From an uncultured bacterium (GTDB lineage Bacteria; Bdellovibrionota; JACOXK01; 2-02-FULL-40-11), in NCBI GenBank assembly GCA_964371555.1, contig CAYJMQ010000002.1, forward strand, positions 5,521 to 69,520: a DNA stretch of 64,000 nt, in the 5' to 3' direction. Every line of letters begins with the position of its first letter. Position 1 is the first letter of the stretch. The position numbers and the translations under genes were made by a program. The notes beneath the pieces were generated by a model. The model was not told the DNA's origin. It saw nothing but the letters and a program-made list of their open reading frames with translations, and made no database searches. This document shows positions 38,602-47,010 of this stretch, piece by piece.

Positions 38602-39708
38602 CTATTTGTTCATGGTTAATGAATTACGGTCATCTGTCAAGTATCTGAATGTTCTTACGCAGGCCTCGAGATGATGAACCGAGTTGGAATAAAATCGATT
38701 TTTGAAGCACTTCAGGCGATAGAGCGGTTCCCTAAGATTGCACCATTGATGTTTGTAAAATCGCTGATAGCCATACCAGTTATAGTAGCTATCGCCATGT
38801 TCATCGATCTCCCGAATGATCTCTTCAATTAATAAATATCCGGGTCTCAGATGTTTAAAGCGATAATTAAAGGCGGTCAGCGCCCAGTGAAATCCCTTTC
38901 CAAAGCGATAGGCAAAACTTACGGCCAATATTTCATTCCCGGCTTTCAAAATATGGGCATCCAATCTCTGATTTTTTTCCATGATTTTCAAAAAATCTTT
39001 AAAAAAACTTACATATCTTGAATCGAGAAAAGCGCTTTTCTTCCCCCTGTTGTGAAAAGATTCTTGTGATAGGCGGACATATACTTCGAAATATTTCTCT
39101 ATCTCTTTTTCACCGGAGATTCGGATCAGAATAGGGGCCCCTAATTCCCTTGTCGCGCGTCTTCTTCGTGATCGTAAATCGCGTTTCAGTTTTCCTGGAA
39201 TTGTGCTCAAATACGCCTCTCTCCCCTGTTCCAAACCGATCGCCCAGTTGTCATGGTCGTGAATTGCCCGAACTACCATCTGGTTATCATCAAACGTTTT
39301 TAAATTGTAAGACATTAAGGGATGAGAGTGGCGAACATCTTTTAAATAGAGCAGATCGACATCGCCTCGAAGTCCAATCGTTTTAAAGAATAGAGATGGC
39401 GAAACCGATTTGGAAAGGCACGGTTCCGTGTAGTTTGCGGCCCCATCTCCAATGTAAGCCAGTGTGCGAAGAAACCCATATCGAAAAGAGCGTTTCCCCA
39501 TGTAGAGAGGGATCCCCCCCTGAATCCGGTTGTCTTCAGAAAAAATGAGAAACCGAAATGACAGGCCTGTCTGGTAATATTTCCAGCACGTCAAAATAAA
39601 ATCCGACAACAAAAATGGATTATAGACATTCTCTTGAATTAAAAATTTATCCCACGACGATGCAATCTCTTCAAATTGTCTGGGATTCTCTAACCAGATA
39701 GATTCCAT
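38602..39708 (-). CDS. FemAB/CelD-like GNAT acyltransferase (Acetyltransf_6 family), paralog 1
   Basis: 368 aa; architecture and motifs (ANYTEP, LRPGYLLIEEIIRE) shared with the paralog at 42371..43504. Confidence 0.55.
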   Translation of the reverse strand: MESIWLENPRQFEEIASSWDKFLIQENVYNPFLLSDFILTCWKYYQTGLSFRFLIFSEDNRIQGGIPLYMGKRSFRYGFLRTLAYIGDGAANYTEPCLSKSVSPSLFFKTIGLRGDVDLLYLKDVRHSHPLMSYNLKTFDDNQMVVRAIHDHDNWAIGLEQGREAYLSTIPGKLKRDLRSRRRRATRELGAPILIRISGEKEIEKYFEVYVRLSQESFHNRGKKSAFLDSRYVSFFKDFLKIMEKNQRLDAHILKAGNEILAVSFAYRFGKGFHWALTAFNYRFKHLRPGYLLIEEIIREIDEHGDSYYNWYGYQRFYKHQWCNLREPLYRLKCFKNRFYSNSVHHLEACVRTFRYLTDDRNSLTMNK

Positions 39709-39844
39709 TCTTTTTTCTCAGCTTTCTAATAAGCAGCGCCATAATCACAATAATAATGAATGTGCGCAAATGCTTTTTACCGCTCATCTGCCCCTTCTTA
39801 ATGCTTTCCCTTTGGCACAATTTTCGATATACCGATTAAGAAAA

Positions 39845-40732
39845 ATGTCTTTGGTCAAAAAGAGAATGCTTGTGACTGGAAGTGCGGGGATGGTCGGCGC
39901 CTATGCTTCCGCTCTCTTCGCTGACTATGAGCTTTATTTAACGGATCTCTACTTTGAAGATTGGGAAACTTCCAAACTGGATGTGACAAACAAAGAAGAG
40001 ACGCTCTCCACCGTTAAAAAAATAGATCCCGACGTTGTGCTTCATCTTGCCGCGGCAACAGATGTCGACCGGTGCGAAAGGGATCCTTTTTATGCCTACC
40101 TCTCAAATGTGGTTGGAACCCAGCATGTTGCCGAAGCATGCAGGGAAAACGATTCTATGATGGTCTATATCAGCACCGGGGCGGTGTTTGACGGCGCCCG
40201 CAGGGAGCCCTATACGGAAAATGATCTTGCCAATCCGTCAACCGTTTATGGTCTTTCGAAATGGCTTGGAGAAAAAATGACCTCATTCATTCTACGGAAA
40301 TATTTGATTATCCGGGCCGGCTGGATGTTTGGCGGCGGGGTGAAAGACAAGAAGTTTGTTGGAAAAGTCGCGCAGATGATATTAAAGGGAGAGAAGAGAT
40401 TGAAGGTGGTCGATGATAAATTTGGGAGTCCGACCTATGCGAAAGATTTGTTAAAAACGGTCAAATCACTATTGGATCAAGAGAGTTTTGGGATCTTTCA
40501 CGCGGTGAATGGAGGGGGATGTTCGAGATACGATATTGCAAATGAAATCAGGGCTATTTTGGAAGCGAATGATGTGACGATTGAGCCGGTTAAATCGGAC
40601 GCATTTAAACTCGATGCCCCCAGAGGGTTCTCTGAACAGCTATTGAATTGCAGACTGGCAGATGTGGCGGGTGTTTCGATGAGGGGATGGCAGGAGGCGC
40701 TAAAAGAGTATCTCAGTCTGGAATGGATGTGA
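39845..40732 (+). CDS. dTDP-4-dehydrorhamnose reductase-like NAD(P)-dependent oxidoreductase (RmlD family)
   Basis: MLVTGSAGMVG, YGLSKWLGE (YxxxK in RmlD context); ORF 39770..40732 trimmed to Met at 39845. Confidence 0.65.
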   Translation: MSLVKKRMLVTGSAGMVGAYASALFADYELYLTDLYFEDWETSKLDVTNKEETLSTVKKIDPDVVLHLAAATDVDRCERDPFYAYLSNVVGTQHVAEACRENDSMMVYISTGAVFDGARREPYTENDLANPSTVYGLSKWLGEKMTSFILRKYLIIRAGWMFGGGVKDKKFVGKVAQMILKGEKRLKVVDDKFGSPTYAKDLLKTVKSLLDQESFGIFHAVNGGGCSRYDIANEIRAILEANDVTIEPVKSDAFKLDAPRGFSEQLLNCRLADVAGVSMRGWQEALKEYLSLEWM

Positions 40733-41433
40733 AGTATAAAGGGTTTAAAATCTTTTTGGTTATTTTTGTTTCTCTGCTGTTTCTTTTGATCCTCAATTTC
40801 AAGGTAACCACGAAACAGGGGATCAATACCGTTGTCACAAAGAGGAAAACCCCGCTTTATTTGAAAGGGATATCATTTCTTGCCCGTCATTATGAGACCC
40901 AATATCTCGCAGAATCGATCACTGCATCTCAAAATTCTGATCAAAGAAAAATCGAAGCCATTTTTGAATGGACTCTGAAAAATGTCAGGCATCAGCCGGG
41001 CAATTTACCGGTGATAGATGATCATCCGTGGCATATCATTGTCCGGGGATATGGGGCGTCTGATCAGATCAACGATGTTTTTTCTTTGTTGTGCGTCTAC
41101 AATGGCTTTAAATCGTATTATCAATTACTCAAAGACCGTGAGCAACGAAGACATCCGATCTCTTTTGTGTTTGTGGAAGGACGGTGGGTGCTCTTTGATG
41201 TTTGCCATGAAACGTATTTTCTCAATGAGCAGTCGCGCTGGGCATCGCTATCGGAATTGCGTGTTGGCCGGTTTCGGGTCGTTTCCGGGCATCCCAGCGA
41301 TATAGATAAATCGGAATATTCCTATATGTTCCGGTTTGTGGAATTCGATGCGTCGGGATTAAAACGAAATTATATGCAGATGCCGGTGGAAAGAATCTGG
41401 ATCGGCATGAAATTGTTGTTTACTAAAAGTTGA
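40723..41433 (+). CDS. hypothetical membrane-anchored protein
   Basis: ORF trimmed to MDVKYKGFKIFLVIFVSLLF (signal anchor); weak resemblance to transglutaminase-like folds, catalytic Cys not evident. Confidence 0.3.
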   Translation: MDVKYKGFKIFLVIFVSLLFLLILNFKVTTKQGINTVVTKRKTPLYLKGISFLARHYETQYLAESITASQNSDQRKIEAIFEWTLKNVRHQPGNLPVIDDHPWHIIVRGYGASDQINDVFSLLCVYNGFKSYYQLLKDREQRRHPISFVFVEGRWVLFDVCHETYFLNEQSRWASLSELRVGRFRVVSGHPSDIDKSEYSYMFRFVEFDASGLKRNYMQMPVERIWIGMKLLFTKS

Positions 41434-42371
41434 TTTTCATCATGGGCGACAAAACATTTACAGTGATTCTTGCCACCTTTAACCGGCGGGATCTTTTGCC
41501 AAGAGCGATTCAGAGTGTTTTACATCAGTCTTATGAAGATTTTGAGCTTTTGGTGATTGACAACGGATCAACGGATGACACACGGTCTATTGTGGAACGG
41601 ATAAAAGATGAAAGATTGAGCTACCTTCTAAACTCCCCGCCGACCCGATCGTGCGACGCGCCCAGAAATTTGGGGATCGCGGCGGCAAATGGCAATTATA
41701 TCTGCTTTCTCGATGATGACGATATCTGGTATCCCCAAAAATTGGAAAAAGTGAAGCGGGTGTTTGATCAATATCCCGATGTTGGCGTCGTTTGCCATTA
41801 CGAAAATCAGCGTAACAACGGCAGGATAGATCGTGTTTTGAAACATGGGCCGTTTCGCCCCCATTTTTATGAATACCTGCTTTATGAAAGGAATTGTCTC
41901 TCCCCATCTGCGATGGTGATCAGGAAAGAAATTCTTGTGAGGCTTGGCGGCTTTGACTTGCGGCCAGAGATTGAACTCGCTTCTGATTATGAATGCTGGC
42001 TTCGGATGGCAGAAAAGGGAATAAAAATTCATTTTATCCCAGAGCCTTTGGGTGAGTTTTCACTGACCGGCTACAATGGGTATAGCGTAAATGCCGATTT
42101 TCACCTTCGGGTCGCTTATTTTGTGAGAGAACAGATATTGCGGCATGAAAAAAAGCCCTATTTCCGAATCTCAAAAAGGGGAGCGAAGAGATTGGCCGGG
42201 CTCTATCTGACCGCAGCTTTGGACCTCTTTAAGGCAAGGTGTTACCGGGCTTCCCTCAAGACGATTCTTCGCATTGTCGGTTTAATTTCTTTTAGACCCC
42301 AGCTTACGATCGAATTCTTTTTAAAACTGGGGAAACTGGGCCAAAAAGTTGTCCAGAGGGTTTCCATATAA
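41430..42371 (+). CDS. GT2 family glycosyltransferase
   Basis: FTVILATFNRRDLL...VIDNGSTDDT...CFLDDDD motifs. Confidence 0.75.
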   Translation: MIFIMGDKTFTVILATFNRRDLLPRAIQSVLHQSYEDFELLVIDNGSTDDTRSIVERIKDERLSYLLNSPPTRSCDAPRNLGIAAANGNYICFLDDDDIWYPQKLEKVKRVFDQYPDVGVVCHYENQRNNGRIDRVLKHGPFRPHFYEYLLYERNCLSPSAMVIRKEILVRLGGFDLRPEIELASDYECWLRMAEKGIKIHFIPEPLGEFSLTGYNGYSVNADFHLRVAYFVREQILRHEKKPYFRISKRGAKRLAGLYLTAALDLFKARCYRASLKTILRIVGLISFRPQLTIEFFLKLGKLGQKVVQRVSI

Positions 42372-43504
42372 TGATCAGCTACCGATGGATAGATCGGATT
42401 GAAGATTTTCATGAAATAGCGAATGAGTGGGACAGCCTTCTTCTTTCTAAAAGGGCTAAAAGGGCTAAAGTGGCCGAAGAGGATAATTTTTTCCTCCTTT
42501 CCGATTTTATATTAACCTGGTGGAAATACTATCAGAGTGGGCGACGGCTCAGCATATTGGCCTTTTATGAAAAACAAAAATTAATCGGTGGAATTCCCCT
42601 GTGCATTAAAAGAGAGGGGATAAAGTGCGGGGGGCTTCGATTTATGACCCATCTTGGAGAGGTTGCGGCCAATTATACAGAGCCCTTTTTTTGCGCCCCA
42701 AAAGACATTTTTTTTTCTGTCTTTGAAAAGGCGCTTCAGGCGAGAGGGGATTGGGATATTCTTTTTTTGACCGATCTCAGGCATCGGCATTTTTGTGTTT
42801 CCGGTTTTCAGACAAGAGCCTATCCCTTTATTTTTCCATACCATGAGGCTGAACAGGGAATGAATTGGTCGATCGATATCTCTTGCGGTTTCGAAAAATA
42901 TCTTCAGTCGCTCAGCGGGAGATTTAAGAAAGATCTGCGATTAAGACGGAGACGCCTTTTGGAACAGCGGGGGGAGATTCGGCTGGTCGAGATATCTGGA
43001 AGGGGAGATATTGAAAAACATTTTGATATGTATGCCGATTTTTCAAAGACGAGTTTTGATGGCCGCGGGGGGGAGAGCAATTTTACAGATCCGTTATACC
43101 GCGCCTTTTTCAGGGAATTTCTGGTTTTAATGGATGAAAAAAAGAGACTGAGCTGCCATGCCCTTTTGGCAGGGGATCAGGTTTTGGCGATAGCCTTTGG
43201 CTATCGGTTACGGAACGAATTGAACCTCGTGCTCACAAGCTTTAATCTGCATCTTAAAGAATACCGACCCGGTTATCTCCTCATTGAAGAGATGATTAAA
43301 AAAGTCGATGCCACTCAGGAGACCTCTTTCAATATGTTTGGCGGCGAACGGTTTTATAAGCGGCAATGGGGTAATCGCGTTGAACCGCTTTATCAGATAA
43401 AAATTTATAGAAACCGCGGGATTCAGTATATAGATGAAGGCCTCCAGTGGGGAAAAAAAGTAAAAAATGCAATATTAAAGAAGTCTCAAGAGAGATGGGT
43501 ATAA
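42371..43504 (+). CDS. FemAB/CelD-like GNAT acyltransferase, paralog 2
   Basis: About 35-40% identical by eye to 38602..39708 (LLSDFILTWWKYYQ, ANYTEPF, RPGYLLIEE). Confidence 0.55.
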   Translation: MISYRWIDRIEDFHEIANEWDSLLLSKRAKRAKVAEEDNFFLLSDFILTWWKYYQSGRRLSILAFYEKQKLIGGIPLCIKREGIKCGGLRFMTHLGEVAANYTEPFFCAPKDIFFSVFEKALQARGDWDILFLTDLRHRHFCVSGFQTRAYPFIFPYHEAEQGMNWSIDISCGFEKYLQSLSGRFKKDLRLRRRRLLEQRGEIRLVEISGRGDIEKHFDMYADFSKTSFDGRGGESNFTDPLYRAFFREFLVLMDEKKRLSCHALLAGDQVLAIAFGYRLRNELNLVLTSFNLHLKEYRPGYLLIEEMIKKVDATQETSFNMFGGERFYKRQWGNRVEPLYQIKIYRNRGIQYIDEGLQWGKKVKNAILKKSQERWV

Positions 43505-44250
43505 GTATGCCGAAATCTCTGATAATAGGTGTAGCAACTTAAGATTGCGACAATAGAGATTCCAACCGATGCCAGAAATGTTGTTGAAATCGGAACGAGA
43601 TAATTTGAGCCAGCTGAAAAAAGTGGGCTGAGTATCGACGTTACCCCGATCCAGACAATCCGTTCCGATCGCTGCATGATGCCAATTCTTCCAGCCACAT
43701 CCATTCCTTCCGAGCGCGCTTTTGAATAGCTCACCATCAAAGAGCCTGTGAAGGCGACAAAAACGACATAAAAAAAGAGGGTATTTGCGTAAAAATTAAA
43801 AAGCCCCAAAAACCAAAGGCACTCGCTCAGCCGATCAAGGTTGGAGTCTAAAAATTCTCCCCGCTGGCTTGTCATTCTCAATCTTCGCGCCACCCGTCCA
43901 TCGAGCATGTCACAAAAGCCGCTGATGACAACAGACCATCCTGCCAGAACAAACCCGCCGAAACTATAGAAAATGCAGGCGAGCAGCGCAAAAAAGAGAC
44001 CCGCCCAACTGATGTGGATCGGGGCTACTTTTCTTTTGACGAGAAACTCTTCGATTGGAGATACAAGCTGAACCCCCCATTCCCTGCTTGTCCGGTTGAG
44101 CATAAAGGAATCGGGGATATTGGCGAGCTCGGAATCGCGCCTGTGTTTTTCTTTCTGAAAGAAGAGAAAATAGAGAAAGTGTCCGCCAAAACCGATTGTA
44201 ATAACAGCATAAACCCAGAACAGAATGTTCAAATTCCAGCCTGCAAACAT
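43486..44250 (-). CDS. CDP-alcohol phosphatidyltransferase family protein
   Basis: DMLDGRVARRLRMTSQRGEFLDSNLDR matches D(x)2DG(x)2AR...G(x)3D(x)3D; six TM helices. Confidence 0.65.
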   Translation of the reverse strand: MFAGWNLNILFWVYAVITIGFGGHFLYFLFFQKEKHRRDSELANIPDSFMLNRTSREWGVQLVSPIEEFLVKRKVAPIHISWAGLFFALLACIFYSFGGFVLAGWSVVISGFCDMLDGRVARRLRMTSQRGEFLDSNLDRLSECLWFLGLFNFYANTLFFYVVFVAFTGSLMVSYSKARSEGMDVAGRIGIMQRSERIVWIGVTSILSPLFSAGSNYLVPISTTFLASVGISIVAILSCYTYYQRFRHTYTHLS

Positions 44251-44391
44251 TGAAAAAAGTCTACCGCTTGAGGACGGGAAAAATCAAGAGGGAAAATTCC
44301 TCATTAGAACCCCACGGAAGACTGCCATGATATCGAAATCCACTATGATTTTGCAGTACTCAATAATATCACATTACGCTATATTAAAAGC

Positions 44392-44877
44392 ATGAGGGAT
44401 CTTTTTAAGAAGTTACTTACTCTCTCTTGTTTTTTAATCCTCATTTTTCTCGCCTACTATTTCATAGAACGTCCCGCTTCAGAGCGCTATTTCCTAACCA
44501 TTAACGGATCAACTCTGGAAGTAGAAATTGCCGATAATCCTTATTTGCGGCAGCAAGGACTGATGGGGAGACAGCTATTATCTGAAAATCGCGGGGTTCT
44601 TTTTATTTTCCCGATGGAGGTGATCCAAAAATTCTGGATGAAAAATACAATCATTCCCCTTTCAATCGCTTTCATCCGAAACGATGGGAATATTTCACAG
44701 ATTCTTCAGATGAAACCAGACTTGTGGAACGGCATTCTTCCAGAATATCGCTCGAATGAAAAGGTACGATTCGCGCTGGAGGTCAATCAGGGATGGTTCG
44801 AAACGCGGGGAATTAAGTCCGGTCACAAGATTCATTTTTCACGTGCTATTCAGAAACGACTTTTGGTTTCTGAATAG
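44392..44877 (+). CDS. DUF192 domain protein
   Basis: 161 aa with signal anchor; LEVEIADNPYLRQQGLMGR and PMEVIQKFWMKNTIIPLSIAF are typical of DUF192. Confidence 0.5.
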   Translation: MRDLFKKLLTLSCFLILIFLAYYFIERPASERYFLTINGSTLEVEIADNPYLRQQGLMGRQLLSENRGVLFIFPMEVIQKFWMKNTIIPLSIAFIRNDGNISQILQMKPDLWNGILPEYRSNEKVRFALEVNQGWFETRGIKSGHKIHFSRAIQKRLLVSE

Positions 44878-45925
44878 CTCCCATCGGTATTCTTCTGCAT
44901 CGCCCGATCCCTTCAATTAAAATCCACTCAAGTTTGGAACCGACCCTTTTTTTATCGTTCTTCATGAATGAAAAGGCCTGTTTTGGAATGGCTTGCCTGT
45001 AAAAATCATATCTCTTGAGGAGATTGTAGATCTTTTGGGCTGTCTTTGGAGAGCAGAGTTTTCTCTGAACTGAGAGATCTGCTGCAAAGTAGAGCCCCTG
45101 AGCGACGGCTTCCCCGTGCGAAAGTTTTTTATAAGCGTTTGATGCCTCGAGCGCGTGCGCCATCGTATGTCCCAGATTTAATAATTTTCGATCTCCATGA
45201 TCTTTTTCGTCTTTTTCAATGAATTCCTTTTTTATTTTCAGACATTCGAGAATCAATGTTTGAAGAGACTCAGGGGATCTCTGGAAATCGCCGATCTGAT
45301 ACCGATGCAGTAGAGACCAGAGTTTCCCGCCATCGAGTATCGCGTATTTAATGATCTCGGCAAAACCCGATCGCCATTCACGCTGAGGGAGTGTTTCCAA
45401 TAAAGAAGTATCTGTAAAAACCGCTTTTGGCTGGTGAAATGAACCGATCAGATTTTTCCCAATGGGCAAATTGACACCACATTTTCCGCCAATCGAACTG
45501 TCTATGGAGGATAATAATGTCGTTGGAATAACTATATGTGGGAGACCGCGCATATAAATGGAAGCGGCAAAGCCAGCTAAATCGCCGATCATCCCTCCGC
45601 CGACTGCAACAAGGATGGTTTTGCGATCGGCGCCAAATTTAAGGAGTTTTGAGATCAGGGTATTGACACTCTTTAAAGTTTTATGCCTCTCAGCGTCTGA
45701 AACGACGATTTTTGAAATAGTCCATTCTTTTTGAAAGCTATTTTTAATCTTCTCCCAGAAGAGTTTGTGAACATTGGGGGATGTGACAAAAATGAGATTC
45801 CTTTGAGGGGTGATATCTTTCAAGAGGCGGTCGATATTTGAGAGAACAGAGTGGTGACCAAGAAAGAGGGGGTATCTTTGGTGAGGGGCGCCCCCCGCAG
45901 GCGTGTCAATCAGAAGTTTTTTCAT
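44846..45925 (-). CDS. aroB: 3-dehydroquinate synthase
   Basis: GGGMIGDLAGFAASIYMRG, IPTTLLSSIDSSIGGK, GHTMAHALE motifs. Confidence 0.85.
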   Translation of the reverse strand: MKKLLIDTPAGGAPHQRYPLFLGHHSVLSNIDRLLKDITPQRNLIFVTSPNVHKLFWEKIKNSFQKEWTISKIVVSDAERHKTLKSVNTLISKLLKFGADRKTILVAVGGGMIGDLAGFAASIYMRGLPHIVIPTTLLSSIDSSIGGKCGVNLPIGKNLIGSFHQPKAVFTDTSLLETLPQREWRSGFAEIIKYAILDGGKLWSLLHRYQIGDFQRSPESLQTLILECLKIKKEFIEKDEKDHGDRKLLNLGHTMAHALEASNAYKKLSHGEAVAQGLYFAADLSVQRKLCSPKTAQKIYNLLKRYDFYRQAIPKQAFSFMKNDKKRVGSKLEWILIEGIGRCRRIPMGAIQKPKVVSE

Positions 45926-47004
45926 ATCTCTTTTTTAGAAAGTTTCAATTTAAGATAGTTGTCAAAGTTGCGTTTTACTTCTTTAAAAGAATCCCCCCCG
46001 AATTTTTCCAAAAAGGCTTTTGCAATTTCAATGGCGACGACATTTCTTGCGATGATGGCAGCCGGAGCGACAGCGCAGCTATCCGTTCGCTGTGAAAATG
46101 CACGGGCATTTTCCAGCGTGAATATATTGACGGTTCTCAATGGTTTTTTTGACAAAGTAGAGAGGGGTTTCATCGCCGCGCGAATAATAATTTCTTCTCC
46201 CGTTGTCATCCCTCCTTCCAATCCGCCGCTTCGATTGGTTTTTCTGTAAAAGCCAAAACTCTTTTTATTTTTGCCGTCATAGAAAATTTCATCGTGGCAT
46301 TGAGATCCGGTCAGCGCTGCCGATTTAAAACCATGACCGATTTCGACCCCTTTAATGGCAGGGATCGACATGATAGCCTGCGCGATGCGTCCGTCGAGCC
46401 TCAAGTCCCATTGACCATAGCTTCCGAGGCCAACGGGGATTCCCTGCCCCCGGACTTCAAAGATTCCGCCGACCGTTTCCCCCTTTTTCTGACAGGCCTG
46501 GATGTGACGGGTCATTTTATTTTTTGCGCGAACAGAACCGATCTCTGTGACGAAAGATAAAAAAGAGATGTCAAAATTTTTTAAAAAATTTTGACAAACG
46601 GCGCCTACCGCTGTTCGGATTGCCGTTTCCCGGGCGCTCGCCCGCTCGAGCGTGTTTCGAATGTCATCATGTTGAAATTTAAGAGTTCCCACAAGGTCTG
46701 CATGGCCCGGGCGGGGAGTTTCGAGACGGGGGGGATGGCTGTGAATTGTAAAATCTTTATTTTTAATCAGAAGGGCAATCGGCGATCCAATGGTTTTCCC
46801 ATTTCTTATGCCAGAAAGGATCTGGATCGTATCTGTTTCAATTTTCATTCGACCGCTTCGGCCATAGCCTTTCTGTCGAAGGGAGAGTTCAGTCTGGATT
46901 TTTTCTCTGTTGAGAAAAAATCCGGATGGCAGGCCTTCCACAATCGCGAGCAATGCCTCTCCATGCGATTCCCCTGAAGTTAAAAAACGAAGTGTCATAA
47001 GCAA
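45922..47004 (-). CDS. aroC: chorismate synthase
   Basis: FLTSGESHG N-terminal motif, RSSARETA, GGMTTGE. Confidence 0.85.
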   Translation of the reverse strand: MLMTLRFLTSGESHGEALLAIVEGLPSGFFLNREKIQTELSLRQKGYGRSGRMKIETDTIQILSGIRNGKTIGSPIALLIKNKDFTIHSHPPRLETPRPGHADLVGTLKFQHDDIRNTLERASARETAIRTAVGAVCQNFLKNFDISFLSFVTEIGSVRAKNKMTRHIQACQKKGETVGGIFEVRGQGIPVGLGSYGQWDLRLDGRIAQAIMSIPAIKGVEIGHGFKSAALTGSQCHDEIFYDGKNKKSFGFYRKTNRSGGLEGGMTTGEEIIIRAAMKPLSTLSKKPLRTVNIFTLENARAFSQRTDSCAVAPAAIIARNVVAIEIAKAFLEKFGGDSFKEVKRNFDNYLKLKLSKKEI

Positions 47005-47010
47005 TTTTAT

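Noticed and set aside
40723-41433. Transglutaminase-like cysteine protease assignment for the membrane-anchored protein
   Set aside because: The expected catalytic Cys is replaced (GYGASDQ), so only weak fold-level resemblance remains.
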